Of a DNA stretch of 64,000 nt, positions 40,701 through 50,524 are shown piece after piece (position 1 is the first letter of the stretch; the number at the start of each line of letters is the position of its first letter). The translations under genes and the position numbers were made by a program. This stretch comes from Thermodesulfobacteriota bacterium. Its GTDB lineage: Bacteria > Desulfobacterota > Desulfobacteria > Desulfobacterales > SURF-7. The stretch covers positions 46,369 to 110,368 of the forward strand of contig JBMORA010000035.1 in NCBI GenBank assembly GCA_049320885.1. Direction: 5' to 3'. The notes beneath the pieces were generated by a model. The model ran no database searches and was not told where the DNA came from. It saw only the letters and a program-made list of their open reading frames with translations.

Positions 40701-41113
40701 TGGAAGTCATTCTGCATAAAGAAGAAAGCAGGGGCGGTACCGAGCATATCTTATGTGTCGATGATGAAAAGCCGCTGACCAAGATGACCGAAGACATGCT
40801 CAAGAGAATGGGATATACCGTAACCGCTTTTTGCAGCAGTCCGGAAGCCCTGGATTATTTCACAAGTCATGCCGAGGAGTTCGACCTGGTGATCACCGAC
40901 CAGGCCATGCCGAAAATGACCGGCCTGGCACTGGCGGCGAAAATCAAGGCCATCCATCCCCGGACCCCCATCATTCTGTGCACCGGTTTCAGTGAGCACA
41001 TCACGGCGGAAAACCTGGAACGCAGCGGAATTTCCATGATTTTGAAAAAACCAGTAACCGGAAACGATCTGTCGTTGTCGATCCGCAAGATATTGGACGA
41101 AAACAAAATATAA
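37718..41113 (+). CDS. Hybrid sensor histidine kinase (Cache, multiple PAS, HisKA, HATPase, REC)
   Basis: YFWIND Cache motif, AHDFNNIL, NLATNA, FTTK..GTGLGL and C-terminal REC. Confidence 0.93.
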   Translation: MRRFFQFALPALMSVVLFGATVFIFILPRMEEAIMAKKRETVRELVRTVVDLLKTYQANVESGGIDLGEAQQRALARIQCLRYGPEMKDYFWINDLTPRMLVHPYRSDLNRQDLRNVTDPNGKKLFVAMVQQATAQGGGFVEYLWQHHDNPNKIVPKVSYVALFKPWGWIIGSGLYYDDVRQEIAKITRNLVLVGIGVLMLGSLLSAYLAFRGMSVMKENQRMMASLRHSEAKFRGISSSAHDGIIMIDSNGLVNFWNPAAEKIFGYREDEIMGRDLHKLLASGNQYQKYASVIKRFRADGTGDAIGKTIELLALHKEGKEIPIELSVSALSFENKWHAVGVVRDISEKKKAAASLQESETKYRSLFESTHDIIFLIKGDRIVDCNARAMEFFQIEKEKILGRTPMELSPPYQADGELTAAVGRRYFDLVMQGEPQHFEWTHRRNDGELVDTDVVLKKITMLGEDLLLGVSRDITDRKKMALERERTASLLVAAIEQAQAGVIIVDASDGRLLHVNKAALQMLGETPELLNPDRKRLARASWRILDTNGHMVDIENQPLRLAYSKGVVTANQTYLIERSDKTRIWIEVNASPVRDKSGHIIYGVVFFTDISERIQTEVALRRLNQFQESIIENANVWMTVHDPGGNAILWNKAAETISGYERTSVIGGSDIWTRLYPAETERNRVLKIITEVIRSGCAVSGDETDIRCHDGRIKTISWHIRRLGDEGSSQPEALCLGYDVTETKHLQNQLVQTQKLEAVGTLAAGIAHDFNNILWGILGFSELALGQIKTNPEKALNSVRQVLEAGNRAKYMVQQILQFSRQSEIAIGPLDVTSILKEVTKLLKATVPANYEIRLALSNNVGWVHADPTQLHQVIMNLATNAYHAMQPFDKGVLSFSLDMLETDFPINCQDQNLPAGKYVRLQIADTGTGIDPENFDKIFDPYFTTKKQSEGTGLGLAVSYGIIKAHHGGIQVDSRKGEGTCFSIYLPARRDAAVEVILHKEESRGGTEHILCVDDEKPLTKMTEDMLKRMGYTVTAFCSSPEALDYFTSHAEEFDLVITDQAMPKMTGLALAAKIKAIHPRTPIILCTGFSEHITAENLERSGISMILKKPVTGNDLSLSIRKILDENKI

Positions 41114-41337
41114 TCAATAAATGGCCAATATCCCCGAAGCTGGTCATACGCCTCGCCAAGGGGTTGCTTGCCTGCCAGGATAACCGAACACGATCCGCTT
41201 TCGTTTGGGGCGGAGTCGCTGCGCCTTCCATTTTTCCACTCAAAATGGAAATTCTATTTTTTGTGGGGAAATGCCAATGACGCTTCGTTGCACAGAACAC
41301 CTCACGAAAATATCCATCCATTAAAAAATAAAAGTAA

Positions 41338-41382
41338 AATCAATATATTATAAAATTTTCCTCCTGTTGGCACTCCTCTTGC
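41338..41382 (+). promoter_or_regulatory. sigma54 promoter with IHF site upstream of the MCP gene
   Basis: TGGCAC-tcctc-TTGC at 41368-41382 (consensus); AATCAAtataTTA at 41338-41350 fits WATCAANNNNTTR. Confidence 0.8.
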
Positions 41383-41504
41383 GAAGGCCTGATAGTGTCC
41401 GACAAACACCGGCGGTGAAAGCAGGTCAAGGCAGGAAAACAGAGCGTAACGGATTTAGATTAGAACAACAATAACGCAACCCCCAAATAAAGGAGTGCAG
41501 CAAC

Positions 41505-43649
41505 ATGAGAACATTTGGAATCGGTAAGAAAATGATGCTGGGCGGACTTTCCATTGTCATTATTCCGCTGGTTGTCGTGGGCTTCTATTCGATTTTAAAG
41601 GCTTCCAACGGATTACAGACGCTGGCGGAGGAACGGGCTGCCATGACCGCCGCAACCCTCGCCAAAATGACGGAACTGGCCTTGAACGAGGAGACCAAGC
41701 TGATCAGGGAAATCGCTTTGGATTCTCATGTCGTGCAAGCGGCGGCATTCAAAGACAGCCAAGATGCCATAGCGGCTGCCAATGAATTGCTTTCGAAGAA
41801 GCTGGCGGTATTGGGGGATACTTATGAAGAGATTTTTGCAATCGATGAAAAGGGCATCGTTTTCAGTGACAGCGCAGACGGGAAAATGGCTGGCATGAGT
41901 CTGGGCGACCGGGCGTATTTCCAGACAGCTTTACAAGGAGCGGCGGTCGTCAGCGATGCCTTGAAATCCAAAGTGACGGGGGCGCCGATTGTGGTCGTCG
42001 CAGCCCCCATACTGGATCCAGCCGGAAAGATCTGCGGGGTTGCCGGAACTTCCCTCAAGATCGATTTTCTCATCGAAAAAATCGTTTCCACCAGGATCGG
42101 TGAAACCGGCTACCCCTTTATGGTGAATAAGGACGGACTCACCATCGCCCATCCCAAAAAAGAATATATCCTGGATTTGAATCTGCGGGATGACACCCAG
42201 AGCCAGATGGAAACCATCATGCGCCGGATGCTGCAGGGAGAAAAAGGCGTGGAGCATTATGTTTTCAACAATACTCCGAAAATCGCCGGTTTCGCCCCAG
42301 TGGCCATCACCAACTGGAGTCTTGCCGTGACCCAGGATGAAGCGGAATTCATGCAAGCGGTTCATACGATTCGAAACGGCATCCTCCTCGTGGGCTTCAT
42401 CTCGTTGACTCTGGCGACTGTTCTGGTGCTCAGTTTTTCCCGGAGTATATCCCAACCCCTTGTCAAAGCGGCTTCCGTGGCCAATGCCATTGCCGTGGGG
42501 GATTTGTCGAAACGCGTGAATTACACCTCGCGGGATGAGGTCGGTTCGTTGTCGCAATCACTGGACAAGATGGCGGTCAGTTTGGAGCAAAAGGCGAAAT
42601 TGGCCCAGACAATTGCCGCCGGCGATTTGACTTCCGATGTACCCATCGCTTCGGAAACCGATATCCTCGGGAAAGCCCTCCAGAAAATGGTGCTGAACCT
42701 GAACGATGTGTTGGGGGATGTCAACAGTGCTTCCATGCAAGTTTCCGCAGGAACTAGTCAGGTATCGGAATCCAGTCAATCGCTTTCCCAGGGCGCCACC
42801 GAGCAGGCGTCCTCGCTGGAAGAAATCACCAGCTCGGTGACAGAACTGGCCAGCCAGACCAAATCCAATGCCGAGAACGCCTCACAGGCCAACCAACTGG
42901 CAGTTACCGCCCGGAATACCGCGGATAAAGGCAATACCCACATGCAGGGCATGGTGGCAGCCATGACCGACATCGCCGGATCCAGCAAGGAAATCGCCAA
43001 AATCATCAAAGCGATCGATGACATTGCCTTTCAAACCAATCTGCTGGCGCTGAATGCGGCGGTTGAGGCAGCGCGGGCTGGAAAACACGGCAAGGGATTT
43101 GCGGTGGTCGCCCAGGAAGTGCGCAATCTGGCCTGGCGAAGCGCCAAGGCCGCTCAGGAAACCACCGAGCTCATTGAGGGTGCCGTTAAAAAGGTCGAAA
43201 ATGGAACAGAGATTGTCAATCAAACCGCAGCGGCCCTGAACGAAATCGTTTCGGGCGCCACAAAGGTCGCCGATCTGGTGGCCGAAATCGCCTCGGCCAG
43301 CAATGAGCAGGCCCAAGGCATCAGCCAGATCAATCAGGCCCTTTCGCAAGTCGACCAGGTAACCCAGTCGAACACGGCCAATGCGGAAGAAACCGCGGCA
43401 GCGGCCGAGGAACTGTCCGGTCAGGCTGTCCAGTTGCAACAGCTGGTGTCGCGATTCAAGCTGAACAGCGCAAAATCCTTGGCATATAGCGAACGGGCAG
43501 CCCTGCCGGAATCCAATCAGACCCAAACCCGCCGAAAAAAAACAGGTGCCATCGCTTGGGGGGAAAACAATGATATGGGCCGCAACGACAAGGTGGTTGA
43601 TCCGGCGATGGTCATTGCATTGGATGAAAGCGAATTCGGCCGGTATTAA
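41505..43649 (+). CDS. Methyl-accepting chemotaxis protein (dCache, HAMP)
   Basis: IAFQTNLLALNAAVEAARAG hairpin; two TM segments. Confidence 0.95.
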   Translation: MRTFGIGKKMMLGGLSIVIIPLVVVGFYSILKASNGLQTLAEERAAMTAATLAKMTELALNEETKLIREIALDSHVVQAAAFKDSQDAIAAANELLSKKLAVLGDTYEEIFAIDEKGIVFSDSADGKMAGMSLGDRAYFQTALQGAAVVSDALKSKVTGAPIVVVAAPILDPAGKICGVAGTSLKIDFLIEKIVSTRIGETGYPFMVNKDGLTIAHPKKEYILDLNLRDDTQSQMETIMRRMLQGEKGVEHYVFNNTPKIAGFAPVAITNWSLAVTQDEAEFMQAVHTIRNGILLVGFISLTLATVLVLSFSRSISQPLVKAASVANAIAVGDLSKRVNYTSRDEVGSLSQSLDKMAVSLEQKAKLAQTIAAGDLTSDVPIASETDILGKALQKMVLNLNDVLGDVNSASMQVSAGTSQVSESSQSLSQGATEQASSLEEITSSVTELASQTKSNAENASQANQLAVTARNTADKGNTHMQGMVAAMTDIAGSSKEIAKIIKAIDDIAFQTNLLALNAAVEAARAGKHGKGFAVVAQEVRNLAWRSAKAAQETTELIEGAVKKVENGTEIVNQTAAALNEIVSGATKVADLVAEIASASNEQAQGISQINQALSQVDQVTQSNTANAEETAAAAEELSGQAVQLQQLVSRFKLNSAKSLAYSERAALPESNQTQTRRKKTGAIAWGENNDMGRNDKVVDPAMVIALDESEFGRY

Positions 43650-43664
43650 TCGAGAAGGAGATCG

Positions 43665-44147
43665 ATGATGAAAAACGCACGACTTGATGCAATTGATATT
43701 GAAATCGACGAAGAAGCAGACGACACCAATGAGAACCGGTTTTTAACTTTCAGACTGGAAGATGAGGAATACGGCCTTGAGATCAATTATGTAAAAGAAG
43801 TGGTGGGGCTTCAAAAAATCACCGCCATACCGGATGTACCAGAGTATATCAAAGGGGTCCTCAATCTCAGGGGCCAGGTAATTCCGATTATGGACGCCCG
43901 AGCCCGTTTCAACCTGAGCGAAAAGGCCTATAACGATAGAACCTGCGTCGTGGTGATCGATGTGGACATGACCCCCCTGGGCCTGATCGTCGATGAAGTC
44001 AAAGATGTATTGGAAATACCCGCGGAAAAAATATCGGCGCCGCCGAGAATGCAGCAGACGGAAGCAAACCATTTTATCCGTGGCTTGGGCAGACACGATG
44101 ATGCGGTAAAAATTCTTTTGGATGCGAGGACACTGTTTGACCTATGA
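43665..44147 (+). CDS. cheW: Chemotaxis coupling protein CheW
   Basis: FLTF.L..EEYG, GVLNLRGQVIPI and GLIVDEV motifs. Confidence 0.92.
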   Translation: MMKNARLDAIDIEIDEEADDTNENRFLTFRLEDEEYGLEINYVKEVVGLQKITAIPDVPEYIKGVLNLRGQVIPIMDARARFNLSEKAYNDRTCVVVIDVDMTPLGLIVDEVKDVLEIPAEKISAPPRMQQTEANHFIRGLGRHDDAVKILLDARTLFDL

Positions 44148-44290
44148 CTTCACGAGGCTGCCAGCTGATGAACAAGTCATTGCAATTGCCAGTCACTGAT
44201 TTACCAATAGCTTGACGCGCAATTAAAAACCATTGATTTCATGAATGCGGAAACGTGATTGGGCATAGGTCATCGATAGGAAATTTGGCT

Positions 44291-44767
44291 ATGAAAATAA
44301 TAGCTTTTAGTGAGACAGCCGACGCGCCTTTTTTCGGGATTTTAAAAACGTTTGAGCGTGCTGATAAATGCCAGGTGTTACGTTTTTGTACGGCAAAGGA
44401 TTTTAAGGAGGCGGTTCGAACAAACATTGCTCCCAAACCAGTTATCCTTTTTTCGGCTGTAGAAAGGTCACAGTTTCGCCATCTTCAGGATATCAGAGAT
44501 TATTTATTCGACTCCATCCTATTGCTGATCGTACCAAATGAAGAGCATTACCAAAGTTTTCAAAAAGAGAGTGCCATTTATCCACGGTATGTATTTTACA
44601 AAGAAGATGAACAGCAACTGTTACCGTCGGTGCTGACCAAATTGGGAGAAAAGATAGCAATTTCACAGATAGAACAATCATCTTGCATACCTGAAAAAAA
44701 GAGGTGGTCATTTGACACCAAGAAAAATTCCGATGACTCAGAAATTATACGAGATACTCAAGCGTAG
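44291..44767 (+). CDS. Hypothetical protein, AT-rich
   Basis: Open ORF with no recognised motif; start uncertain. Confidence 0.45.
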   Translation: MKIIAFSETADAPFFGILKTFERADKCQVLRFCTAKDFKEAVRTNIAPKPVILFSAVERSQFRHLQDIRDYLFDSILLLIVPNEEHYQSFQKESAIYPRYVFYKEDEQQLLPSVLTKLGEKIAISQIEQSSCIPEKKRWSFDTKKNSDDSEIIRDTQA

Positions 44768-44871
44768 GCAGGAAAACAGCGAAAGCGATAAGCCTTGGGT
44801 ATTCTGGCATCGGTTCTACAGCCAGAAAAAAAGTCTCACACGGAGTCTCACACAGCAAAATAAAATAGAAA

Positions 44872-44900
44872 GGGGATAACTTCCTGTATCAGTTATCCCC
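44872..44900 (-). terminator. Stem-loop downstream of tRNA-Ala
   Basis: GGGGATAACT-N9-AGTTATCCCC followed by a T-rich tract on the minus strand. Confidence 0.6.
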
Positions 44901-44920
44901 CACTATTCATTAAGTATTTT

Positions 44921-44996
44921 TGGTGGAGCTGAGGGGGATCGAACCCCTGGCCTCATGACTGCCAGTCATGCGCTCTCCCAGCTGAGCTACAGCCCC
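44921..44996 (-). tRNA. tRNA-Ala(GGC)
   Basis: GGGGCTGTAGCTCAGCTGGGAGAGCGCATGACTGGCAGTCATGAGGCCAGGGGTTCGATCCCCCTCAGCTCCACCA; 76 nt with encoded CCA. Confidence 0.97.
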
Positions 44997-45183
44997 AGAA
45001 AACCCCAAAAAAAGACAAAAGACGATTAGCAGAAAACCGCGGCCAGTGTCAACAATAAATTTTATCTGTTTTCAGAGAAATGATTGACAAAAGCCGGGAG
45101 AAAAAATAATAGATTAATTCCTTTGAACCATCTGCATGCGCCAGTGGGTTTGACCAAATTTTCATAGCAAGGGAGTTGCATTT

Positions 45184-47082
45184 ATGATGCTCAGAAACAT
45201 GCGGAAAAACGCCTCCTCATGGGTGATTAAAATTCTGTTAAGCCTTATCGTTCTCGCCTTTATATTCACGGGCGTGGGCACCTATCAAGCGGAGAAAGCC
45301 AACCGGCTCGGTCTTGTCAACGGTGAGACGCTTCTGGTTTCCGAATACCGCGACACCTACCAGAATCTGATCGAACAGCTGCGCCAGCGCTATGGTAACA
45401 ACCTGAACAGCGAGATGCTCGAAATGCTGCAGGTGAAGAAACAGGCGCTCGATAGGCTCATCGGACAAAAACTGATCCTGCAGGAAGCCCAAAAACGTGG
45501 TTTGATCGTCGGGGATGAAGAACTGGCCGAAACCATCCGCGGCATGGGTATTTTCAACGAAGCGGGGGAATTCAGCCAGAAACGCTACGACCGGATGTTG
45601 AGTCGGGTGCAAATGTCGCCGGAAATTTTCGAAACCAAGCAACGGGAGGCGATGCTCGCCGATAAACTGCAGACCCTGATCACCGACAATGTCAAGGTAA
45701 CGGAAAAGGAAGCCCATGAATGGTTCAACTGGTTGAATGCCGAGGTGAACCTCGATGTCGTGAGTTTCCAGCCGGATCAATACAAGGATATCGTCCCCGC
45801 CGAGGAAGAAATCAACAATTATTACAAAACCAACAAGGAGAAATATAAAACCGATTCCATGGTCAAGGCCGGGTATATCCGGTTCGCCGCCAAAGATTAT
45901 CTGGATAAGGTTTCCGTTTCCGAGGCGGAACTGAAGGATTACTATACCGAAAACCGGAAACGGTACGAAACTCCCAAAACCGTCGAGGCCCGCCATATCC
46001 TGCTGCGGCTTGATGCCAACGCGCCCGCGGCCCTGGTGGAGGAAAAACGGGCCAAAGCCCAGGAAATCGCCAATCAGGCCCGACAGCCCGGCCAGGATTT
46101 CGCCAAGCTGGCCAGGGAATTCACCGAGGAGCCGAATAAGGAAAACGGCGGCTTCCTGAAGGCGTTCCGGCGCGAGGAGATGGTGGCGCCTTTTTCCGAT
46201 AAGGCATTTTCCATGCAGGTAGACGAGATCAGTGACCCGGTGAGAACCCAGTTCGGGTGGCATGTCATCAAGGTGGAAAAAATCAATGAGAAATCGGAAA
46301 AAACCTTCGAGGCGGTCCAGGAGGAGATCCGAAAAACCGTGACGGATGAAAAAGCCAAAGCCCTGGCCTATGAGGAGGCTGAAGCGGTTTTTGAGATATC
46401 CATTGAAGGGGATGATCTGGAGCAAAGCGCCAAGGAACGGAGCCTGGCGTTGTCCACCACGGACTATTTCACGGCGGCCGGTCCCAAGGAAGGGGTTCCC
46501 GACCGGTTGAAATTCGCCCGGGCGGCGTTCGATCTGCCGGAAAAGGGCATCAGCGATGTATTGGAGTTGCAGGACGGTTATTATATTCTTCAGGTCCAGG
46601 AAAAGGTTCCCTCCAAGACAGCGGAATATGCTGATGTCAAGGAAACAGTGACGGCGGATTTAAAGAAGGAGTTGCAGGACGCCAAGGCTTCCGCTGAAGC
46701 GGATCAATTCTTCCAGGCCTTGACGGCTGAGCCGGGATCCTTTGCGGCCGAGAGCGGAAAACGGGGCCTGGAGGTGATCAGCACCGGCTTTTTCAAGCGT
46801 GAGGGAACGATCCCGCGCATCGGCATGGAGGAAAGCCTGGCGGAGGCCGCTTTCAACCTGTCCGCGGAGGAACCGCGACCGAAACAGGTCATCCGTGGTC
46901 AGATGGGGTATTACATCATTCAGTTGAAGGAACGCAGAATATCCGATACCATGAAATTCGACGCGGAGAAAAAAAAGCTGATGGCGCAACTGACGGTGCA
47001 GAAAAAAAATCAGCGCTTCAGCAAATGGCTGGCGCAACTGCGCGAAAAAAGTGACATCACCATTCAGGAAGGCTTATTGTAA
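45184..47082 (+). CDS. ppiD: PpiD/SurA-N periplasmic folding chaperone
   Basis: N-terminal TM segment; ARHILL and PVRTQFGWHVIKV parvulin domain. Confidence 0.88.
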   Translation: MMLRNMRKNASSWVIKILLSLIVLAFIFTGVGTYQAEKANRLGLVNGETLLVSEYRDTYQNLIEQLRQRYGNNLNSEMLEMLQVKKQALDRLIGQKLILQEAQKRGLIVGDEELAETIRGMGIFNEAGEFSQKRYDRMLSRVQMSPEIFETKQREAMLADKLQTLITDNVKVTEKEAHEWFNWLNAEVNLDVVSFQPDQYKDIVPAEEEINNYYKTNKEKYKTDSMVKAGYIRFAAKDYLDKVSVSEAELKDYYTENRKRYETPKTVEARHILLRLDANAPAALVEEKRAKAQEIANQARQPGQDFAKLAREFTEEPNKENGGFLKAFRREEMVAPFSDKAFSMQVDEISDPVRTQFGWHVIKVEKINEKSEKTFEAVQEEIRKTVTDEKAKALAYEEAEAVFEISIEGDDLEQSAKERSLALSTTDYFTAAGPKEGVPDRLKFARAAFDLPEKGISDVLELQDGYYILQVQEKVPSKTAEYADVKETVTADLKKELQDAKASAEADQFFQALTAEPGSFAAESGKRGLEVISTGFFKREGTIPRIGMEESLAEAAFNLSAEEPRPKQVIRGQMGYYIIQLKERRISDTMKFDAEKKKLMAQLTVQKKNQRFSKWLAQLREKSDITIQEGLL

Positions 47083-47130
47083 TTGAAAACCGGGCCGGCC
47101 CAGGACAAGTCGGCCGGCCATGGGGGAACG

Positions 47131-47367
47131 ATGGGCAAAGACGGGTTCCATACGGGCGACTTTTTGCAGTATAAAAAATGTCCGGAATGTTATACGAAAT
47201 TGCCGATGAATGCCCAGAAATGCCACTCCTGCAATCAGAAGGTGGGGGAAATCGACAAGTTCGGATTTGCCAAGAAGCCGTTTAACTGGGTTGGATACGG
47301 CTCTGCTCTGGTGCTGTGGATCGCATTCGGGTATTTTTTCTGGTGGGCTTTTTTAAAGGACCAATAA
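47131..47367 (+). CDS. Small zinc-ribbon membrane protein
   Basis: CPEC...CHSC and a C-terminal TM helix. Confidence 0.6.
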   Translation: MGKDGFHTGDFLQYKKCPECYTKLPMNAQKCHSCNQKVGEIDKFGFAKKPFNWVGYGSALVLWIAFGYFFWWAFLKDQ

Positions 47368-47372
47368 GCCCG

Positions 47373-48041
47373 TCAGCCGGCGATCATTGCCCGCATGATA
47401 TCTCCCGCTTTTTCGGCGTGGTCGGCGACGGTGCCGACTATTTCGGCGAACCGGATCATGTAAAACAAATCCGTGGCTTCCAGATTGAGGGTGAAGATTT
47501 TCTGTTTCAGGAGATTTTCGGCACGATCCGCCTCGTGTTCTTTCAGCCGGAGGTTACGGATCCGGTCGATGACGGTGCCGCGCTGTTTCGCCGTGGGTTT
47601 GCGGAAAAATCTCCGCGCTTCGTCCACCATTTCCACCAGTTCCTCGATGGGCTCGATGACGGCATCCACCAGCAGATTGGTTTCCTTGGTCAGAATCGCC
47701 GGGATGCCGGCCGTCGGGCGGTAGGAAAGCCAGGCCAGGGATTCTTCCACCGCGTTCAGGATATGGTCCTGCTCTCCCAGGTACATGAAAATCTGAAATT
47801 TATCAAAGGGCATTAAAAACTGTCTGGACATGCGGGTGCGGACCCGTCGCTTGATGATGTCCGCTTCGTTCTCCAGATTGACAACCTCCTTGCGATGCTC
47901 CTCGAAGGATTGACATTGCTGGTTCAGATGGCATTCGATGGCCTGCTGGAAGGCCCAGGTGCATTCTTTTACTTTTTCGGCATGCTCCTGGATGCCGTCC
48001 AAAGGGGATCGCATGAAAAGAGGTAAGAATGGTATCCGCAT
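47373..48041 (-). CDS. DUF47/PhoU-like phosphate transport regulator
   Basis: LENEADIIK, EHEAD and ADHAE motifs. Confidence 0.85.
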   Translation of the reverse strand: MRIPFLPLFMRSPLDGIQEHAEKVKECTWAFQQAIECHLNQQCQSFEEHRKEVVNLENEADIIKRRVRTRMSRQFLMPFDKFQIFMYLGEQDHILNAVEESLAWLSYRPTAGIPAILTKETNLLVDAVIEPIEELVEMVDEARRFFRKPTAKQRGTVIDRIRNLRLKEHEADRAENLLKQKIFTLNLEATDLFYMIRFAEIVGTVADHAEKAGDIMRAMIAG

Positions 48042-48148
48042 TTCCGGCTCCTGTTTTACATGAATCAAATGAATCAATCGTCAATGGCTGTCGGTCTTCC
48101 ATGTGGCGAACAGTGAATACGAGTCAGGATGAAGAGGGGGAATTGCCG

Positions 48149-48556
48149 TCAGGAATCGTCTGTCTGCTGATTGCGTTTGTTCCAGCGCTCGATTTTGTCG
48201 AACCCGTCCAGGGCGGCCCGAAACAGGATTTTCAGATCCACCGGTTTGGTGAAATAATCGTCGAAACCAGCCGCCCGGCAATCGGAAAATTCGTAGCGCG
48301 AGGCGTATCCGGTAACGGCGTATATGATCGCCATGGGGTTTTGTTTGCGAATCCTGCGGCATAACTCCAGCCCGTCCATTTTGGGCAATTTCAGATCCAG
48401 GAACATGACCGGATATTTCTCCCGATCCAGAATCGCCAGCGCCTCTTCGGCGCTTTGGGCGCGACGCACCGTATAGCCAGCCCGATTGAAACCATTTTTG
48501 AACAGATCGATGATCATGTCATCGTCATCGACGATCAATATGTTTCTGCTCACCAT
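48149..48556 (-). CDS. Single-domain response regulator
   Basis: ILIVDDD, LDLKLPKMDG and TKP motifs. Confidence 0.9.
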   Translation of the reverse strand: MVSRNILIVDDDDMIIDLFKNGFNRAGYTVRRAQSAEEALAILDREKYPVMFLDLKLPKMDGLELCRRIRKQNPMAIIYAVTGYASRYEFSDCRAAGFDDYFTKPVDLKILFRAALDGFDKIERWNKRNQQTDDS

Positions 48557-48817
48557 GGAGTATCCCCTGCTTCATTCCGAATGCTCAACGACCTCTCCCT
48601 GATAAGGCCAGGCTTCAGATCAGGCCGCAATACGAAAGAAAACGCTCTTCCACCGTCGCCGACGTTCCGGTCGCACACCAGCTCGGAAAGGGGCTGATGA
48701 ATTTCAACCAGTTTCCATGGTCTCGTTATATAACCAATCATTTTGCGAATTTCAAATCAATTCCGCTAGGATTCATCCATCTTGCGGAAGAGTTCCGCTG
48801 CTTGTCGCATCGCGATC

Positions 48818-50335
48818 CTAGAGACGCCTGACCGGCCCCACGGCGGTAACATACAGTAACGCCGAATTCTGCCGTAAACCCAGCAGGGTGCGCGCCTCGC
48901 CGTCATAGAAGGCGCCGATTCCGCAGCATCCCAATCCGAGGGCCGTGGCGCTCAGGTGGATGATCTGTCCCAGCCGTCCCGCCGTCATCATGGCGTGCCG
49001 GTATCCCCTGGGGCCGCGGGAATGATGGAGGAAATCCAGATCAGCCATGAACAGAAACAAAAGCGCCGAATTGGACAACCATTCCTGATCCAGACAGACC
49101 GCGGCCATTTCCCGGATCCGTTGGCCTTCCCGGACCAGTCCGATTCTCCGCTGATCCGGGTCCAGCAAATACAGACCCGGGGGGACATGTTCAACAGCGC
49201 CGGAAAAAAAACCGACCCGGATGGGGGGCTCGGGATTGTTATCCCCGATTTCCGACCGTCGCAATACATCCGCCGGCAGCTCCAACAGGCTGTCAAAAGC
49301 GGTTTCCGGCAATTCCTGATTCACGAAATTTCGTCTGGAACGACGCGTAAATACGATTTCCGGATACGGTATTGCCGCGGTCCTCTCGCCATTCCGGGTG
49401 ATTGCCCGATACCGGCGGGGTTCGATTCCGAGTTCATGCCGGGTTTCCGGTTTTCCCGCATCGGCCGGCACGGGCGGTATTCCGGCGCGGTGGAGCTGCT
49501 CGATTTCGGGATAATCGACCTCCCGCAGGCAAACCGGGGCTGCGGTCGGAATATCGTTTTCACCGTTCACCGGCGTCACAGGGGCGGCGGCGGGGGGCGA
49601 CTTCCCGCCGTATACATGAAAACAGGCGAGACAAACCTCCCGGCGGCCGTCTATCCCCATGAATGACTCCAATTCCCGATCGTTGAAATCATAGCCGAAG
49701 GAGAAATCCAGGGCCAGGGACCTGGCGGCAAGGATCATATTTTCCAGCAGATGCCCGGCATCCAGCAGGACATAGCGATAGGCCCTGGAACGGTACTTCC
49801 AGGCGCTTCGATAGATGATCCCGGTGAGCAGAAAGGAGGCGGCGAGCCGTTCCGTGTCCCCGGGCGCTGCGGCGCGGTCCAGGAGGTTCGCGGGCCCTAT
49901 TTGTCGCAATGGGATCAGGTTCCCGCCGGTGATATCATAATGGTAGAGACCCGATTCCAGGCCGGCTACCGACGAAGCGGCCAGATAGATTTCCGCGGGA
50001 TACAGGGCTCCGGCGGAAGGCACGCTCCGATAATAAAAATCCTGTCCGGGGCGGCCCACCCGGGCGGTGAGGCAGCAGGCCTGCCGAAGGAACGAACCCA
50101 CAACGGCCAAGTTCACATTTTCCATGGAAGCCGCCATTGTCCGCCGGTTGGAAAGCGTCCAGAGATTTTGTTCCCCGGTGAGTTCCGCCGCGGGCAGCTT
50201 CAGCGGCCGGATACCGGGATAACGCTTGTACACGTCCGGTTGGTCGGACCAGTCCAGATAATGGCCCTGCATGGCGTTGCGATCGTATTCGGTGGACCGG
50301 TGATAGGTGGTCGCGGGTTGGATGCGGCTGGTCAT
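48818..50335 (-). CDS. SagB/ThcOx-family tandem nitroreductase
   Basis: RSVPSAGALYP, RAYRYVLLDAGH, RRSRRNF and GIGAFYD motifs. Confidence 0.88.
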   Translation of the reverse strand: MTSRIQPATTYHRSTEYDRNAMQGHYLDWSDQPDVYKRYPGIRPLKLPAAELTGEQNLWTLSNRRTMAASMENVNLAVVGSFLRQACCLTARVGRPGQDFYYRSVPSAGALYPAEIYLAASSVAGLESGLYHYDITGGNLIPLRQIGPANLLDRAAAPGDTERLAASFLLTGIIYRSAWKYRSRAYRYVLLDAGHLLENMILAARSLALDFSFGYDFNDRELESFMGIDGRREVCLACFHVYGGKSPPAAAPVTPVNGENDIPTAAPVCLREVDYPEIEQLHRAGIPPVPADAGKPETRHELGIEPRRYRAITRNGERTAAIPYPEIVFTRRSRRNFVNQELPETAFDSLLELPADVLRRSEIGDNNPEPPIRVGFFSGAVEHVPPGLYLLDPDQRRIGLVREGQRIREMAAVCLDQEWLSNSALLFLFMADLDFLHHSRGPRGYRHAMMTAGRLGQIIHLSATALGLGCCGIGAFYDGEARTLLGLRQNSALLYVTAVGPVRRL

Positions 50336-50524
50336 CGACGTCAACTCCCAAGGCGTGCAGGCGGATGCCCGATGATGAAAAAACTGGCTGAATTGTGAAT
50401 AAGATAATGCTACAGAAGATAAGATGCAAGCCGAAGAAACCATCGGCTTCGGGACGGCCGGATCGCGCTGTTGAAAACCGGATGGTTTTTCCGGTAATCA
50501 TGAAGGGATAAAAAAGAGGAGCGG

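Noticed and set aside
41400..41500. c-di-GMP riboswitch in the MCP leader
   Set aside because: The conserved GEMM elements could not be matched.
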